This document shows, in pieces, positions 49,324 through 62,050 of a DNA stretch of 64,000 nt. The translations under genes and the position numbers were made by a program. The notes beneath the pieces are model-generated. The model worked only from the letters and a program-made list of their open reading frames with translations. It ran no database searches and was not told where the DNA came from. Source of the stretch: Camelus dromedarius (taxonomy: Eukaryota); assembly GCF_036321535.1 (NCBI RefSeq), contig NC_087437.1, positions 32,242,001 to 32,306,000 of the forward strand, written 5' to 3'. Numbering within the stretch: the first letter of the stretch is position 1; each line of letters begins with the position of its first letter.

Positions 49324-49917
49324 CTCTACCATTTTCCTCAGTAAAGACAAATGCAAAGGTTTTGATTAAGAATTACTTTAACCTCAGCCAGCCAAAGGGC
49401 AATTAGGAAGCACTTAAAATTAACTCAACTCCCACCAGAACAATGCCTTGTGCATAGAGATAATCAATAAATATTTGTAGCTGTCGGAATATGTGACACT
49501 TAAACATCAGCTTTGACTTAAATAAACCACCAAAAATAAGAGTTACCCTTTATTGAAATTTTAAGAGAATTTGGATTGGTGAGGCAGACTGAAGCCTGTT
49601 CTCTTGAACACAACCTTTGTGGAGAACAAAAAACCTCATTCACTCTGTGGGAGCTCAGAATTTGTTCCTGAAATCTACAAAGACCAGACAGGAACTAAAT
49701 TTGGGTGATTCTCTCTCCCTTTCTATTCTTCAAATGGTCCCTTTTTAAAACAGAGGAGACATTTTAGCTAACTGCCCCCCTTAATCCCAAAGAAACAGAT
49801 GATGGATTCACTGTATCTCCCCATAAGAGGGGTCATGGTGAGCAGATGAAAGTCAATACTGAGAAGGCTTTGGGTGAAGAGGAATAGTTATTTTCTGTCT
49901 TCTCTGGGATTGGGGTC

Positions 49918-50125
49918 ACAGGCAGAATGGAAAAAAACCCTGAACTGGGCACCAGAAAGTCAAAACTTTCATTTTTTTCTTTGCTGCTAAATAGCTATGT
50001 GATCATAGAAGTAAAAAAATCTCTCTGACATCAGCTTTCTCATTTACAAAAATGGTGATACCTCTTTATCTTCCAGAGTTGCGTGTGATAATTGAATTTG
50101 CCAGAATTGTGTAAAAATGCAAATG
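49918..50125 (+). mobile_element. MIR SINE
   Basis: tgaactgggcaccagaa...tagctatgtgatc...ctctctgacatcagctttctcatttacaaaaatgg. Confidence 0.7.
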
Positions 50126-50369
50126 TTGTGTGACAAGAATAATATTTTCAAAATATGTAACCAATCTGGACCTTGGAAAGGTTGATATTCAACCTAGTAT
50201 TCAAGAAAACAAAAAGTACACATCCCAACAGTCACTGGACAGAACTTAATGAGGAATGACCAGTGTTGGGCACTGCTCTGGGAACTAGAGACGCAAGGGT
50301 GATTGAGAGAGACATGCTCCCTGACCTCAGTTGTTTACTGTACTATGAAATAAAGGCTATTACACAGCA

Positions 50370-50795
50370 GCAGTCAGCCTTCACTGGGTTATCTTGCAGT
50401 AACAACTCCCAGATCTCAGGTGGCCTACAACCACAACTGCTTTTTTTTTTTCCATTTATGTTATATGATATTGGCCGTGACTTTGCCCACATGTCTTTTC
50501 ATTCTGAGATTCAGACTGAAAGAGAAGACCTTTTCAAGGGATATGCTATTCTCATGACCAAGAAAAAGCAGTTGAGCTGGTGCAGACACCCCAAGGCTCA
50601 TAAAGCTTCCATCAGACACAGTGTACATTATATTCCCTTCCACTGGCTACAGCAAGTCATGTAGCCACACTTGCCATCAATAGGGCAGACAATAGTACTC
50701 CTCAAAATCCTGCAAGTTACGTGGCAGCAGGCAGGGATATAAAATCCTTATGCAGAAGCAATGAATAACTCAGAGGGATAATACAATCTGTCCCA
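50370..50795 (-). mobile_element. MaLR LTR (MLT1I/J-like) inserted in L2
   Basis: tgcagtaacaactcccagatctcag...cactggctacagcaagtcatgtagccac. Confidence 0.75.
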
Positions 50796-51400
50796 GAGCA
50801 GACAGTGTGGCCGTGTCAAGATGGTGTTGATAAGCAAAGGTAAGGAAAGTTTAGGGTATCATGAGATGCCAAAGGAGGGCCATCTAACTCTGATAGATTT
50901 GGGGATTCTGAGAAGGCTTTGCAGAACGAATAGGAATTAGCCAAGTAAATGAGGTTAAAGGAGGGAAAATATTTCAGGCAAGAAGGAAAAATGCATGAAT
51001 AAAGGGTCCTGGGTATATCTGTATTCTGGAGTGTGGAATTGAAGGGTGGGGTAGGGATATCTAAGGCTGGAGGGTTTGAGGCCTTATAAATAGGATGCCC
51101 ACATAATTTATCTTCCACTGTATCTTTTCAATATAATCACTTTTAGAGCAGAAGGAGACACTGTTAATAAATACACTGGAGCAACAGGCATGAATCAGGA
51201 CTATCTCAGGCAAACTAGGGAGAAGGCCATCTGACTGACAAGCCATGTTACAGCTTTATCCTATGAACAAGACTTTGAAGGGTTTTAAGCAAGGAAGAGG
51301 CAGGAAGCTCATTCTGACTATAATGTAGAGGGTGGAACAGCAGGGGGAGGAACAGAGTCAAGGAGACCACAGATCCTACTAACGATTCACATGAGAGAAG
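50796..51400 (-). mobile_element. L2 LINE (also present at 50230-50365)
   Basis: gagaaggctttgcag...ataggaattagccaag...atttcaggcaagaaggaa...gaagggttttaagcaagg. Confidence 0.65.
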
Positions 51401-52214
51401 ATGGAGGGATGGACATACATGCACACACATGTGCACAAACACACACATACAGACACTAGTGTTATCTGTTATATATAAAAGATGGGCTCACTTCTGCCAA
51501 ATGAAACATTCATGGCCTACAAAAGTCTCATAAATTCATGTGTTTGTTTCCAGAGTCATCAGGAACAAAAGAGACTAAAATTTTCAGGTCATAGTATACA
51601 GTCTAATATACATAATATACAGTATAAGAATATTTTGGTGGCTATGGGAGTCCTTCCAGTCACTAAACATGACAGAAGGACTCAAAAACACTTACACATG
51701 ACTTTTTGTTCCAAGGGACTGGCTTTCCCTGAGGATTTCTAAGGTAAAATATGGTTACTATGCACATCTAGCAGAAGTACTATTGTGCTTTGTGCCCGAG
51801 ACAGCTCAAACTGGGGTGGGTTCCAGCTGTCTGGATTGGTAGCACTACTGATGCATGTCTGAGATCTGCTGGGTGTTTATGCTGAGAGCCCTAAAGTGAA
51901 AGGGATCAACATTATTGTCTGGACCCTTTCAGCTGGAGCATCTTTAAGATGAACACACTTGCTTCTCTGTGGTTTGAGGTAACCAGCCAAGATTGGGGAG
52001 GATCAGGCTGTGAGGTTGAACTGCCTTCTGGGTGAAAACCTGGAGATGAGTAGAAATTTCTAGGTGAGCAATTCTGATTATGGAGAATTAACTCTAACAG
52101 TGGGCAGAACAGAGCACAGAAAAGGAATGATTTAAAGGCTCCAGGAGGCCTCCCCACCACCTGGATGCTGTAATTCTTTTCATGTCAGGCATGGCTTCCT
52201 TTCTCTGTGTCTCT

Positions 52215-52270
52215 GTTTTTTTGGTTTTTGTTTGTTTGGTTTTTGTTTGTTTGTTTGTTTGTTTGTTTTT
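52215..52270. repeat. (TTTG)n simple repeat
   Basis: Directly visible, imperfect. Confidence 0.9.
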
Positions 52271-52939
52271 GCATGCTTTGTTTTTTGACACATATTCCAT
52301 TCTAGCAGCTATATACAGAGGTCTTTGAAATCAAAGTATAGCAAGAATATCCACCCATTCATGCCAAGTGTTGACTGACTGCAGCGATTCCCATTTTTCA
52401 TAATCCTAGTCCCATCAAACACCACACTGTACATGGATGGCTTCTCTTGCTTGTTTTGCAGTTTTGTGGCTCTGTCTGACATGCCCACAATGCTACACTA
52501 GGCAGCGTTCCCCCTCACCTCTGCCGTTCTGCCCCTTCTTTTCCTCCCCGGGCCTTCCCAGTCAGGCTTTGTAGCTATTACAATCCCATGGAGCTTCCTA
52601 GTCCACATTTCCAGCCCCCTTCTACCAGCAGCTCCATTGCTGACCCTCTTGCCCCTTTTCCTTTCCTACCAGCCAAGCTAAGCAGTTCTCCAAATATTTC
52701 AAAGCAAATGCTGTTGAATAGTAATAACAGCTCCCACTCTCTGACATCTTGCATTGTGACAGAATGAGCAATGAGCTCTTTGCCCAGAATGCTCATTCCA
52801 TCCTCACCGCAGTCAAAGAGGTGGGTGTTTTTACTAGCTTTGTTCTATAGAACTGAAAACTGAGGTCAGGTACAAACCCATAAAGTGTAGAACTGGGTAA
52901 CCAAAGCACCATTTTCAGTGCCTGACACGGAGAATGTGT

Positions 52940-53494
52940 GTAAGTTAGAATTCTGTATGGCTGCAAGTAATAGGAAGAAAACACAACTCCAAAGTTTTAA
53001 ATAGAAGTGTACTTTTCTCACATGACAAGAAATCCAGAGGTAGTAGTTGCCCTGATTGGTTAATGAACAAAACAATGCAAGGACTGACATCTTCCAAGAT
53101 AGCTGAACGGATCCAGTGACACATCTACCTCCAGAACTGGAAGGAAAAGTATTTCCTTCTTGAGTCCTTGTCTTTAGGGAAAGGGAACTATCCCCTCAAC
53201 TCTATCCCCCCAACCCTCCACCCTCAGCCACTACCACCACCAGCAAACTTCCCTTACCTCTCAGTGGCTAGAATTGTGCAACACCCCCCACCACCATAGA
53301 TCATCTACTGTCCAGTGGCGAGATTTCCAGGACTGATTCAGATCAATAATAATTTGTTCCATGGAGTTGGGGTGGAGAACTACACTCTGTGAGCTTAGAG
53401 TATCTCTCCTCAATAACTGAATAAACTGGGATTATGTTGCAGGGAAGAATAGTTGGAAATGGCTGTTGGAGAGGCAATTTACAGCATCTGCCAA
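52940..53494 (-). mobile_element. MaLR LTR (MLT1K/L-like)
   Basis: agttagaattctgtatggctgcaagtaatag...cagcaaacttcccttacctctcagtggctagaattg...ggctgttgg..aggcaat..acagcatctgcca. Confidence 0.75.
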
Positions 53495-53899
53495 CTCAAT
53501 GGATGTTAGTTCTCAACCTCCTTTAGAGCAGAGAGGAATCAATTCCAGGTGAACTCTCCATGTGAATTTTCACTATTGCCTCTGGATTCAGGTGGATGGC
53601 CCTGTGGATGGCATAAAGTAAATCTAAATCCTAGGTATGGTCAGTCAAATTTTCAGAAAACACACTTACAACTTGACTCCATTCAGCCAAATATTTGAGA
53701 GTGTCTCATTCAAAGGGCATACATACATCAACATATTTTAAGAACTCTAAGTACCTTGTGGGAGTCACTGCAAGTTGATTCTATGGTCACATGAACCACC
53801 AAAGACTAAATATATTCCCCTGGCTCATTTTGAGCTCTGATTATCTGATGTTTATTAAACAACAATTGGTCATCTTGGCAGCCAATGGACTAGCCATCA

Positions 53900-54230
53900 T
53901 TTTTTGTGGTTTTTCTATCCAACAGTTATTTTCTTCTTCCTTGGGAGATAAAATGCTCAACAAAAAGATTCAATTTTCCAGCCTCTGTTTGAGACTAGCA
54001 GAATGTGGATGTGAATCTTGGAGATACAGTAACCATGAAGCAGCAAGCGTGAAGAAGAAACCAATACTAAGGGAAGCAAAGCAAAAAACTAGAAGGAAGC
54101 TGAGACACTGGTGACATCATATATCTGCTGAACAGGCCTGGACCATCTACCCATAGAATTTCTAACAGCTGGGAAAACAATATATGTTAAAGCTGGGTGG
54201 GTGGGTTTGTGTTCCCCGCAGCCTGATACA
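53900..54230 (+). mobile_element. MaLR LTR fragment (MLT1J-like)
   Basis: gaaggaagctgagacactggtgacatcat...gttaaagc...gggtttgtgtt...gcagcctgataca. Confidence 0.6.
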
Positions 54231-54624
54231 ATTGTAATTGATGTCCTTTCCAATTGTGTTACAGTTAAAATAATTGCCATGTGGACAAGGGTGAGATTTC
54301 AGAATACCTGGGATAAAGGAAAACTTGGACCTCATCCTAAGAAGTAATTTTCATTCAAAATTAGTGCCTAGCCCACAATGGAAGTGGTCAGCCCTAAATG
54401 ACCTTTGGGGCTCATCCTTTCTTTATTGGCCCCTCTTCCTTAATAAAGAGATCATCACTGAAAGTCCCTTAGCTTAGCGTCTGAACTGTAGCAACACTCA
54501 GAAAATATATCAATTTATAAGTTATTTCAGTTTTGTTTTCACTGTCTTTAAAATAATGGCACTATTATTTTGAGGAATGGTCAGGGTGAACTGAAGTGAT
54601 GTATATGAAGCAGCTGGAATATTC

Positions 54625-54912
54625 AGTCATTAATTCAAGAAGCATTTAACAGAGCATCCGCTACAGGCCAGGCACTGTTCTCGACACTGAGGATGTAGCA
54701 GCAAACAGGGCAGAGAGGGACCCTGTTCTCATCCTAGTTTGGGATGCAGATCACAAACTACAAATGTATGAGCCAACCAGACTGTGTCCACTGGTGATTA
54801 GTGCTACTGAGAAACCAGAACAGGTGCTGGGATAGAGAGGTATGAGCAGGGGTTTATTTCAGTCCAGGTCAGGGAAAGCCTCAGGGAGGAGGTGACATCT
54901 TTCTTGAATGAT
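54625..54912 (-). mobile_element. L2 3' region
   Basis: attcaagaagcattt...aggccaggcactgttct...ggtcagggaaagcctcagggaggaggtgacat. Confidence 0.8.
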
Positions 54913-54984
54913 AAGAGAGTCCAAAGGGAGGCACTGAACTTAGTAAATAGTCATTCTATTATTTATTTACATCATTTTCTCCCT

Positions 54985-55110
54985 TAAGCCTCAAAACAAC
55001 TTTATCATATTAGTCCCATTTTACAAATTGGGAAAAGTGAGGTCTGAGGAGGTTAAGTAACCTGCTTGAGATTACAAGGTAAATAAGTGGCAAAGCCACC
55101 TAGATTCCAA
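54985..55110 (-). mobile_element. MIR fragment
   Basis: cccattttacaaattgggaaaagtgaggtctgaggaggttaagtaacctgc. Confidence 0.75.
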
Positions 55111-55557
55111 AAATCCTGAAGGGAGAGCCACTTAGCCATGACATTTTTGTGCTATTGCAAGTACAAGCATAAGAGAAAGAGTCTCTTGGGCTGGTGGGCC
55201 TCAGTGAAGGTTGGGATGAAGCCTCAGAAATAATGAGTCAGAGTAGCCAGGGCACAGGGGCCTGGCCTTCTAGGAACCTCTGATCCTTGGCTGCTCGATG
55301 AACAGGATAGGGAACTTGATGAGATTACAAGACATCGCCAAGATGGCCTGCGTTCCCAGAGACTCTGGAAGGATATGCCATCCATTCTATCCCAAATGCC
55401 AACCTCATGCTAAGAGAACTTTTGTCACATCAATGGTACAACAATTCTCGGAAGATTTAAAGACCAGTCCTGCCTCATAAGCAGTTAAAGAGGAAGAAGA
55501 AATCTTGAGAAGGAAATCTTGATGTCATCACCCAACTTAAAACTCTAACAGCCCTTT

Positions 55558-56090
55558 CTTCATTCAACAAGTATTTATTGAGCACCTACTGTGTGCCAAA
55601 TAGTGTTGGAAGAACAGTCAAGTTTTCTGTTTTCATTAAGCTTTCATCTAGAATAAGGGAAGGAGCCAAGAAATAAGAAACAAACAAGAGAAGCTTGGTA
55701 ATAAAGTGCTGGGGGCGGGTGGTGGGGAATACAATTGGGAAATGAGAGGGACAGGGTGGGAGGGCTACACTGGAGAGGGAGGCAGGGAAGACATGGGCAC
55801 TGAGGCTTGAGGGTGGAGAGGACAAGGAGCATTCCCAGCTCTGGGAATGTTCAGGCAAGGAGTGTTCCATGGTCCTGCCCAACCTCAGCCCAGCCTAGGA
55901 AAGAGAAGCCTGTCCACATTCAAGGAACATAAACAAGAGGCCAGCGGACCCGGACAGTGTGAGCAACGGTGGAAGGAATGAGATGAAGTGGAACAGAGAG
56001 AGCAAGGCCAGGTCATGTGGCCTCATTAGCCTCGGTGAAAAAGCAGAATTGACTCAGCACAACAAAAGCCCTTGGGGTGCTGCTGTGGGG
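55558..56090 (-). mobile_element. L2 3' region
   Basis: ttcattcaacaagtatttattgagcacctactgtgtgcca...caaggaac...gaggccag...ggccaggtcatgtggcctc. Confidence 0.8.
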
Positions 56091-57424
56091 AACACGCCCA
56101 TGGGCTTGAAGAGTTTGGGGGACTCCAGACCCAACCTCCACTCACCCACGAGGGGCTGCTATGAATGCCTTGGCGTCCCCTTCTGCTGTGGTCTATGAGA
56201 GATCCCTGCTAAGATAATTGGCATCAGAATGAAGATCTCCAGATGGCGTGGGGCTCCATCTTCTCACCCTGCATGGCCATCCATCACTGGGAGGTGACAG
56301 ACACTCCAGGAGGCTTGAAGCCAAGTGAAAAATATCCCTGTATTTCTTGCTGCACTTCAGCATATATACATCAAGAAACAGCCTTTTCCTCACCAGCCTG
56401 TCCCACAGCCATCCTGAGCTCCTCTGGGGTAAAAGAGCGTATTTTTTTCATGCTAAACAGATAGAATACACTGAGTACTGATAAAGCAAGTCCTTGGTAC
56501 AGCCCCATGGAGTCATTTGTCGAGAATTTCTTTGGGTAGAAAATGCCATGCTGAGGTTCTTTATCTCTTATCAGAAGTTGTCCCAAGGATACTCTCAAGA
56601 ACCCAGAAAGGACAGATATTTTAGTTCAAGCCCCATCTCTACTTAATTGCAGTATTTCTGTTTAAATAGATCAATAGCCAAGTTCAACCTCAGTGTACAA
56701 CATGAAAAATATCATTGCAATGCGAAGGGAGCTGCAATCTGTGGGTCAGATGAGCCACTCATATTAAACCCAGCAATGCAGACGAGAAGCTTTTGTTCTA
56801 ATAAATGCTTATTTCAGTGTTAAAAGTGGGAAGGTCGCCCTCAGGCTCCACCCCCAGCTGATTGCTGGGCCGAAAAGGAGCAGAAGAAGCCAGGCGAAGC
56901 CTTGAGCTCCTCAGAGCAGAAAGATGAACTGGCCAGGTGGAACCACAGCCATGGCTCTGGGGCAGTTTGTCCTCTTGAAGAGAAAAGAAGAGAGAAAAAT
57001 GAACAACTCCTTTACAACCTATACATTATTTTGTTGTATTTCACAGTTATTTTTAAAATGCCTTTTCAATGAACCATGTTTGTGAGAAAGTGGAACCCCA
57101 GTAAGGTGGGATGGGACCAAATTGAATTGAGAAGAAATGTCAGCATCCTTACAAGAATATTGACTTTGTTGGAAGGTCCCAGAGACAAGGAGCCCTACCC
57201 AAAGAAGCAGCTGTCAGGGAAGAGGGCAGCACTCAGTCTCTGGTTCTCTGTCTGAAATTGTACCTTTAAAACTCTTTACTTTGGATTTTCACTTTGGGTC
57301 TGTTTTCTGGAGACATTTACTAAGATGCAAATGTTCTTGGGGAAGAGTAATCAACTTCCACCAACTACCAGGTTATTGATGAAGAATTTAGGCAGAAAAT
57401 ATGACTTTATACAGGAGCAGACAC

Positions 57425-57580
57425 TTGTGTGCACGTGTATATCTGTGTGTTCTTGCCTGTATACTGGTCCGTGTGTACATGTGTGTATCTGTGTGCATGT
57501 GTGTACATGCGGGATTCTGTATGTGTGTCCATCTGTCTCTGTGTGAATGCGTGTGGATGTGGGTAGTATATGTGTATGTT
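57425..57580. repeat. Degenerate (TG)n low-complexity tract
   Basis: gtgt-rich, heavily interrupted. Confidence 0.85.
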
Positions 57581-57687
57581 CTGAGTAGCTCTGGACTAGG
57601 AGTCCAGATAATAGGGTTTTCTAATTGGAGCAAATTACATGCATTCTCTGGACTCAGTCTTCTCATCTCTAAAATCAGGAGATCGGT

Positions 57688-57760
57688 AAATGTATCACTA
57701 TGCTGTACACCAGAAATTAACACAACATTGTAAATTGACCATAATTCAATTAAAAAAAAA
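57688..57760 (+). mobile_element. Short L1 3' tail inserted in a MIR (MIR at 57595-57682)
   Basis: atcactatgctgtacaccagaaattaacacaacattgtaaattgac...caat plus A run. Confidence 0.85.
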
Positions 57761-58369
57761 CAGAGAACATCTTTTAGGTCCCTTCGTGCCCAAGTGTTCT
57801 AGGATTGTGTAAAACTATGTAAAGAGAAACAGGAGGCCCAGATCCCAGCTCCACTCTTCCCAGTTTCATCCAAAGCCAGTCTTTCTTGGCATGTGTAATA
57901 AACTTTATTGTCTGATTAGAAACTAGATCATTACTTCCATCTCCCACCAATAATGAGCACAGATCATTCAATAATTGTGGGAGGAAATCTTCATGGAGAC
58001 ACTAACTTTTTTAAAGGCAGAGAGCAAAATGAATGACATCCTTCTATTAATTTTAATTTCTCTTCTGCACTTCCTGGAAGTTGATGAGTCTGTTTCTGAG
58101 AAGAGATGCAAAAATCTTCCCCCCTATTCTGTTGTATCCCTTCAGGAAAGAAATGCTATGTCAGCGCTCCAGGCAGATCTGTGTAGGTGAAGGCTGCTAA
58201 ACAAGTTCAGAACTGACTTATGTCTGAGGAAATGGGAAGGTGGAGTGAGGTGAAACTGTCACAGCTCCCTTCCCTACAACTTACCAAGAAAAGAATATTA
58301 GCAAAATCGCTTATCCAAGACTGGTCTTTGCTTCCATTTTATTTATCATACTACCTGTATGATTCCCAG

Positions 58370-58565
58370 GGCTACCGTTCATTAACTAGATGATCTTGGG
58401 CAAATTTCTTAGCCTTTCAGTGCCTCAGTTTCTTCATACATGAAATGTGTTTAATAATTGTACCCACCTTATAGGATTGGTATAAAGTTTCAATGAGTTA
58501 TTTTATATAAAGCCTTTAGAATTTTGGCTGGCATCTACTAAACATTATATACTTATTAGCTACAG
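58370..58565 (+). mobile_element. MIR SINE
   Basis: tgatcttgggcaaatttcttagcctttcagtgcctcagtttcttcatacatgaaatg...gtacccaccttataggattg. Confidence 0.85.
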
Positions 58566-60472
58566 TGTCTAATTTTCGCATTCAGTATATGAGTATTTTC
58601 ACACTAGCAAAAATACCGTTGAAAAGGGTAGACCTGGGAACCAGGAACTAGGGAATTCCAGGGATTCCTTCTCTCAGCTTTTACATCAATAAATTATAAT
58701 TCCATATTTGCATTCCTACACTCTTAACACCAGTTGGGGGCCAAGTGCCAGCAAATCTGGCAACAGTATGGTGTTTCCTGTGGTGTTTACAATAGATTTC
58801 TGTGGCCACAAGGCATACCCATTCCAGGGAGCTCACAGCAGCCTATGATCCTTATTGCCTCCTTCACATCACCAATCTGATATAATACAGAAATGACAGT
58901 TCCCCACAGCTTTTGAGCAAATAATGCACTTAATTTTACTAGTATAGAAACAAGTCTTTTTAATGTCACACTTTTATTTTCCACAGCCAGTGAAAGCGCT
59001 TTCCTAGAGGATGAATCTGCTCTATGCTGAACAGGGCTGTCCTGGATGAGTAGCCTCCCTCCCATACTCACTGGGTGTGCCTCCAGTCCACTTGCCGGTC
59101 TCTTCTCCACCCACTCTTTATAACCAACATAATAGTTTCAGTAGCAGGATGAAAATACAGTTATAATACAGATGTGCCTAAACAGAACATTCTTTGTTTC
59201 TCTATGGATTCAGTATAGTTCTTGATAACAGGTTTCCATGTTCAGTTAAAAACTTAATCATCTACTAACTTGGTTCTCTTTGATTGTCCCTTGGGCAAGA
59301 TAATAGATCTAATTCTCCCTTCTTTCCTTAAGAGTTTATCGCTACGGACTGTTGCCCTGACTTTGGAGTGAGGCATCTCATCCTGCTGCCCTCCTCAGCC
59401 CCCTCCGCCCTGACTGAGGAAGGCACGCCTCCTCCTGTTCCACCTTCCCTCCAATGTGAGTCTTTGCTTCTGGTTCTGATGTTCCCTGCTGATGCAATTT
59501 TCAGCCTGCTATCACAAACTGTCAACACAGGGGATTTCAAATCCCTGTCACAGGAAGAGAGGGAGTTGAATGAGATCAGCTCCATGAATTCCCCCACCTA
59601 TGACTTGGCCCTTTAAAGCTGCTGGTCTTCTAAGGCTCAGCCAAGTCCAGCATCAGGTGTGCAGGTCAGAGGGCTCACCGCCCAGCCCAGGACATGGGAA
59701 ACCTCAACCTGCACTCAATCACCATCAAGACTGAGTATGTCACTCTCAGCTGCCTTCCAAGGGCATCTCCACTAGTCCTGGGAACTTTTTGGATGTTCTC
59801 CAGGCCCCAGAATTGAGAGAGCCCAGGAGTGGGGAGCAGGGTAGATAGAAGGGTGAGGGTACATCTCTATCTCAGGACATATCACACCCTCTTTGCCCAA
59901 ATCCACCAGGCACCCAATTCCATTTTAAGGCTTGTGTGGAGCCAGCTGGGCCCTGCAGGATGCAACTGTAAGCAACTATTCTTTCCTCACGATGGCCCCT
60001 TCTGCTGGTTCTGTAAGGTGTTTTTTCCTCCTCCCACCTCCTTAGATGAGAAACAGGCAGGTCCATGACTTAGCTGGTCCCTCTTGGCTAATAAATCCTC
60101 TGGTCATCTTAGTCCTCAAAAAGTCTTAGATCAGTAATGAATGTGTCTCACCTGAGCAAATAATCAAGACTCTGAACTCTATTTCAGGTTACTTTCTTTT
60201 CTCCTGCAGCTGGATCTCACTGCAAGGGGAAGCCTGTGGTGGCAGAGGGGACTGAGGGCTACCTGGTCCAGGCTATTTCCCCACCCTATCCAATCTGGTG
60301 GTCTCAGTTTCTGACTCCTTGTAGGAAAGAGAGCATGAAAGATGTTACTTGACTGGCTTCTATATGGTGTTGGTTCGTCCAACTGGCACAGATGGTTAAA
60401 GCTAAGTCTTTCTTTTGAGTGGCCCCCATTCCCATCTTCCATGTCACTGCCTTATCTGTGTCAGGTCACTTT

Positions 60473-60491
60473 CAGTGCCCCCTGCTGCCCC
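60473..60491 (-). promoter_or_regulatory. Candidate CTCF site
   Basis: Minus strand gggGCAGCAGGGGGCACtg, one mismatch from core CCAGCAGGGGGCAC. Confidence 0.4.
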
Positions 60492-60549
60492 TGCACACTG
60501 CTTGTCCAACCAAGGTATCCTCACCTCTACAGAGGGTCTTCTTGGATAG

Positions 60550-61000
60550 TGTTATGGGTTGAAATGTGTACCCTTCCAAAAAAAGATATGTTGAAGTCCT
60601 AACCTCCAGTACTCAGAATTTGCCAATGTTTAAAAATAGGGTCCTTACAGATGTAATCAAGTTAAGATGGGGTCATACTGGATTCGGGTGGGCCCTAAAT
60701 CCATTGATCTGTGTCCTTATAAGAAAAGGGAAATTTGGATAATGACACACAGAGGGAGAACACCATATGACCACAGCAGAGATTGAAGTTTTGCTGCCAC
60801 AAACCAAGAAACTCCAAGGACTGAGGGCAATCACCAGAAGCTAGAGACCAGATTCTGCCTCTGAGTTCCCAAAAAGGAGCCAGTCCTGCTGCCACCTTGA
60901 CTTCGGAATTCTAGCCTCCAGAGCTGTGAAAGAATAAACATCTGTTGTTTTAAGCTCCCTGGTTTGTGGCGTTCTGTTGTTTTCCTAGGAAACAAATACA
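60550..61000 (+). mobile_element. MaLR solo LTR (MLT1C-like)
   Basis: tgttatgggttgaaatgtg...aaatagggtccttacagatgtaatcaagttaagatg...aataaacatctgttgttttaagc...ctaggaaacaaataca. Confidence 0.92.
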
Positions 61001-61009
61001 TGCAAATTC

Positions 61010-61135
61010 TGCCTAGACCGAGCTCCTTCTGTGCAGGGATTATACTTTCCTCATTGTGCTTCCCACAGCCCCATCCAGCGTGGTGTCTGGAACACAGATA
61101 TTGCAACATTTCTTTAAATGCCGAATGAATGAATA
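61010..61135 (+). mobile_element. L2 3' end
   Basis: ctagaccgagctcctt...gcgtggtgtctggaacacag...gaatgaatgaat. Confidence 0.65.
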
Positions 61136-61423
61136 AGATCTACATGATTGGAGAAAACGCTCAGATATTTGGCGATGACCGGATGGCAACTCGAACAGTT
61201 TGCTTTTCACTTTGCCAATTTGGTTTCATCCAAAAGAGCCATTCAGTTATAAAACTCTTTTCAAGTCAAGAAAAAAATGCATTACTTATATAATTAAAAT
61301 AAACCCTTGTTAATTAAGCTAAATGTTAGTTAAATTATTTAATAATTCAATTATTTTTTTAGCTCCTTATATGCTGCTCCTATTTAAAGAAATCACTCCT
61401 CTAAAAGAAGTGATATATAATAT

Positions 61424-62050
61424 GTAAGTTCCTTAGAAAAGTAAAAATAGAGTTACCATATGATCCAGCAATCCCACTCCTAGGCATAGATCTGGAGGGA
61501 ACTCTAATTCAAAAAGATACATGCACCCCAATGTTCATAGCAGCAGTATATACAATAGCCAAGACATGGAAGCAACCTAAATGTCCATCAATAGATGAAT
61601 GGATAAAGAAATTGTGGTATATATATACAATGAAATACTACTTATCCATGAAAATGAATGGAATAATGCCATTTGCAGCAATATGGATTTGGACTTAGAG
61701 ATTATTATACAAGTGAAGTAAATCAGACAGAGAAAGACAAATATATCATTTACATATGGAATCTAAAAAAATGACATGAATAAACTCATTTACAAAACAG
61801 AAAGAGACTCAAAGACAACAAACTTATGGTTACCAGAGGGAAGGGGAGAAGGATAAATTAGGAGTTTGGGATTTGCAGATACTAACTACTATATATAAAA
61901 TAGATAAACGGCAAGGTCTTAGTGTATTGCACAGGGAACTATACTGAATGGCTTGTAATCTGTAATCACTATGCTGTACACCAGAAACTAATACAACATT
62001 GTAAATCAACTATACTTCAATTTTTTATATTTTTTTAATTTTCAGTAAAA
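61424..62050 (+). mobile_element. 5'-truncated artiodactyl/camelid L1
   Basis: gagttaccatatgatccagcaatcccactcc...tcactatgctgtacaccagaaactaatacaacattgtaaatcaactatacttcaat; TSD aaaagaagtgatatataa (61403) / aaaataagtgatacataa (62051). Confidence 0.93.

Noticed and set aside
57325..57733. Cys/Val-rich and His/Thr-rich ORFs
   Set aside because: Artefacts of the (TG)n low-complexity tract.
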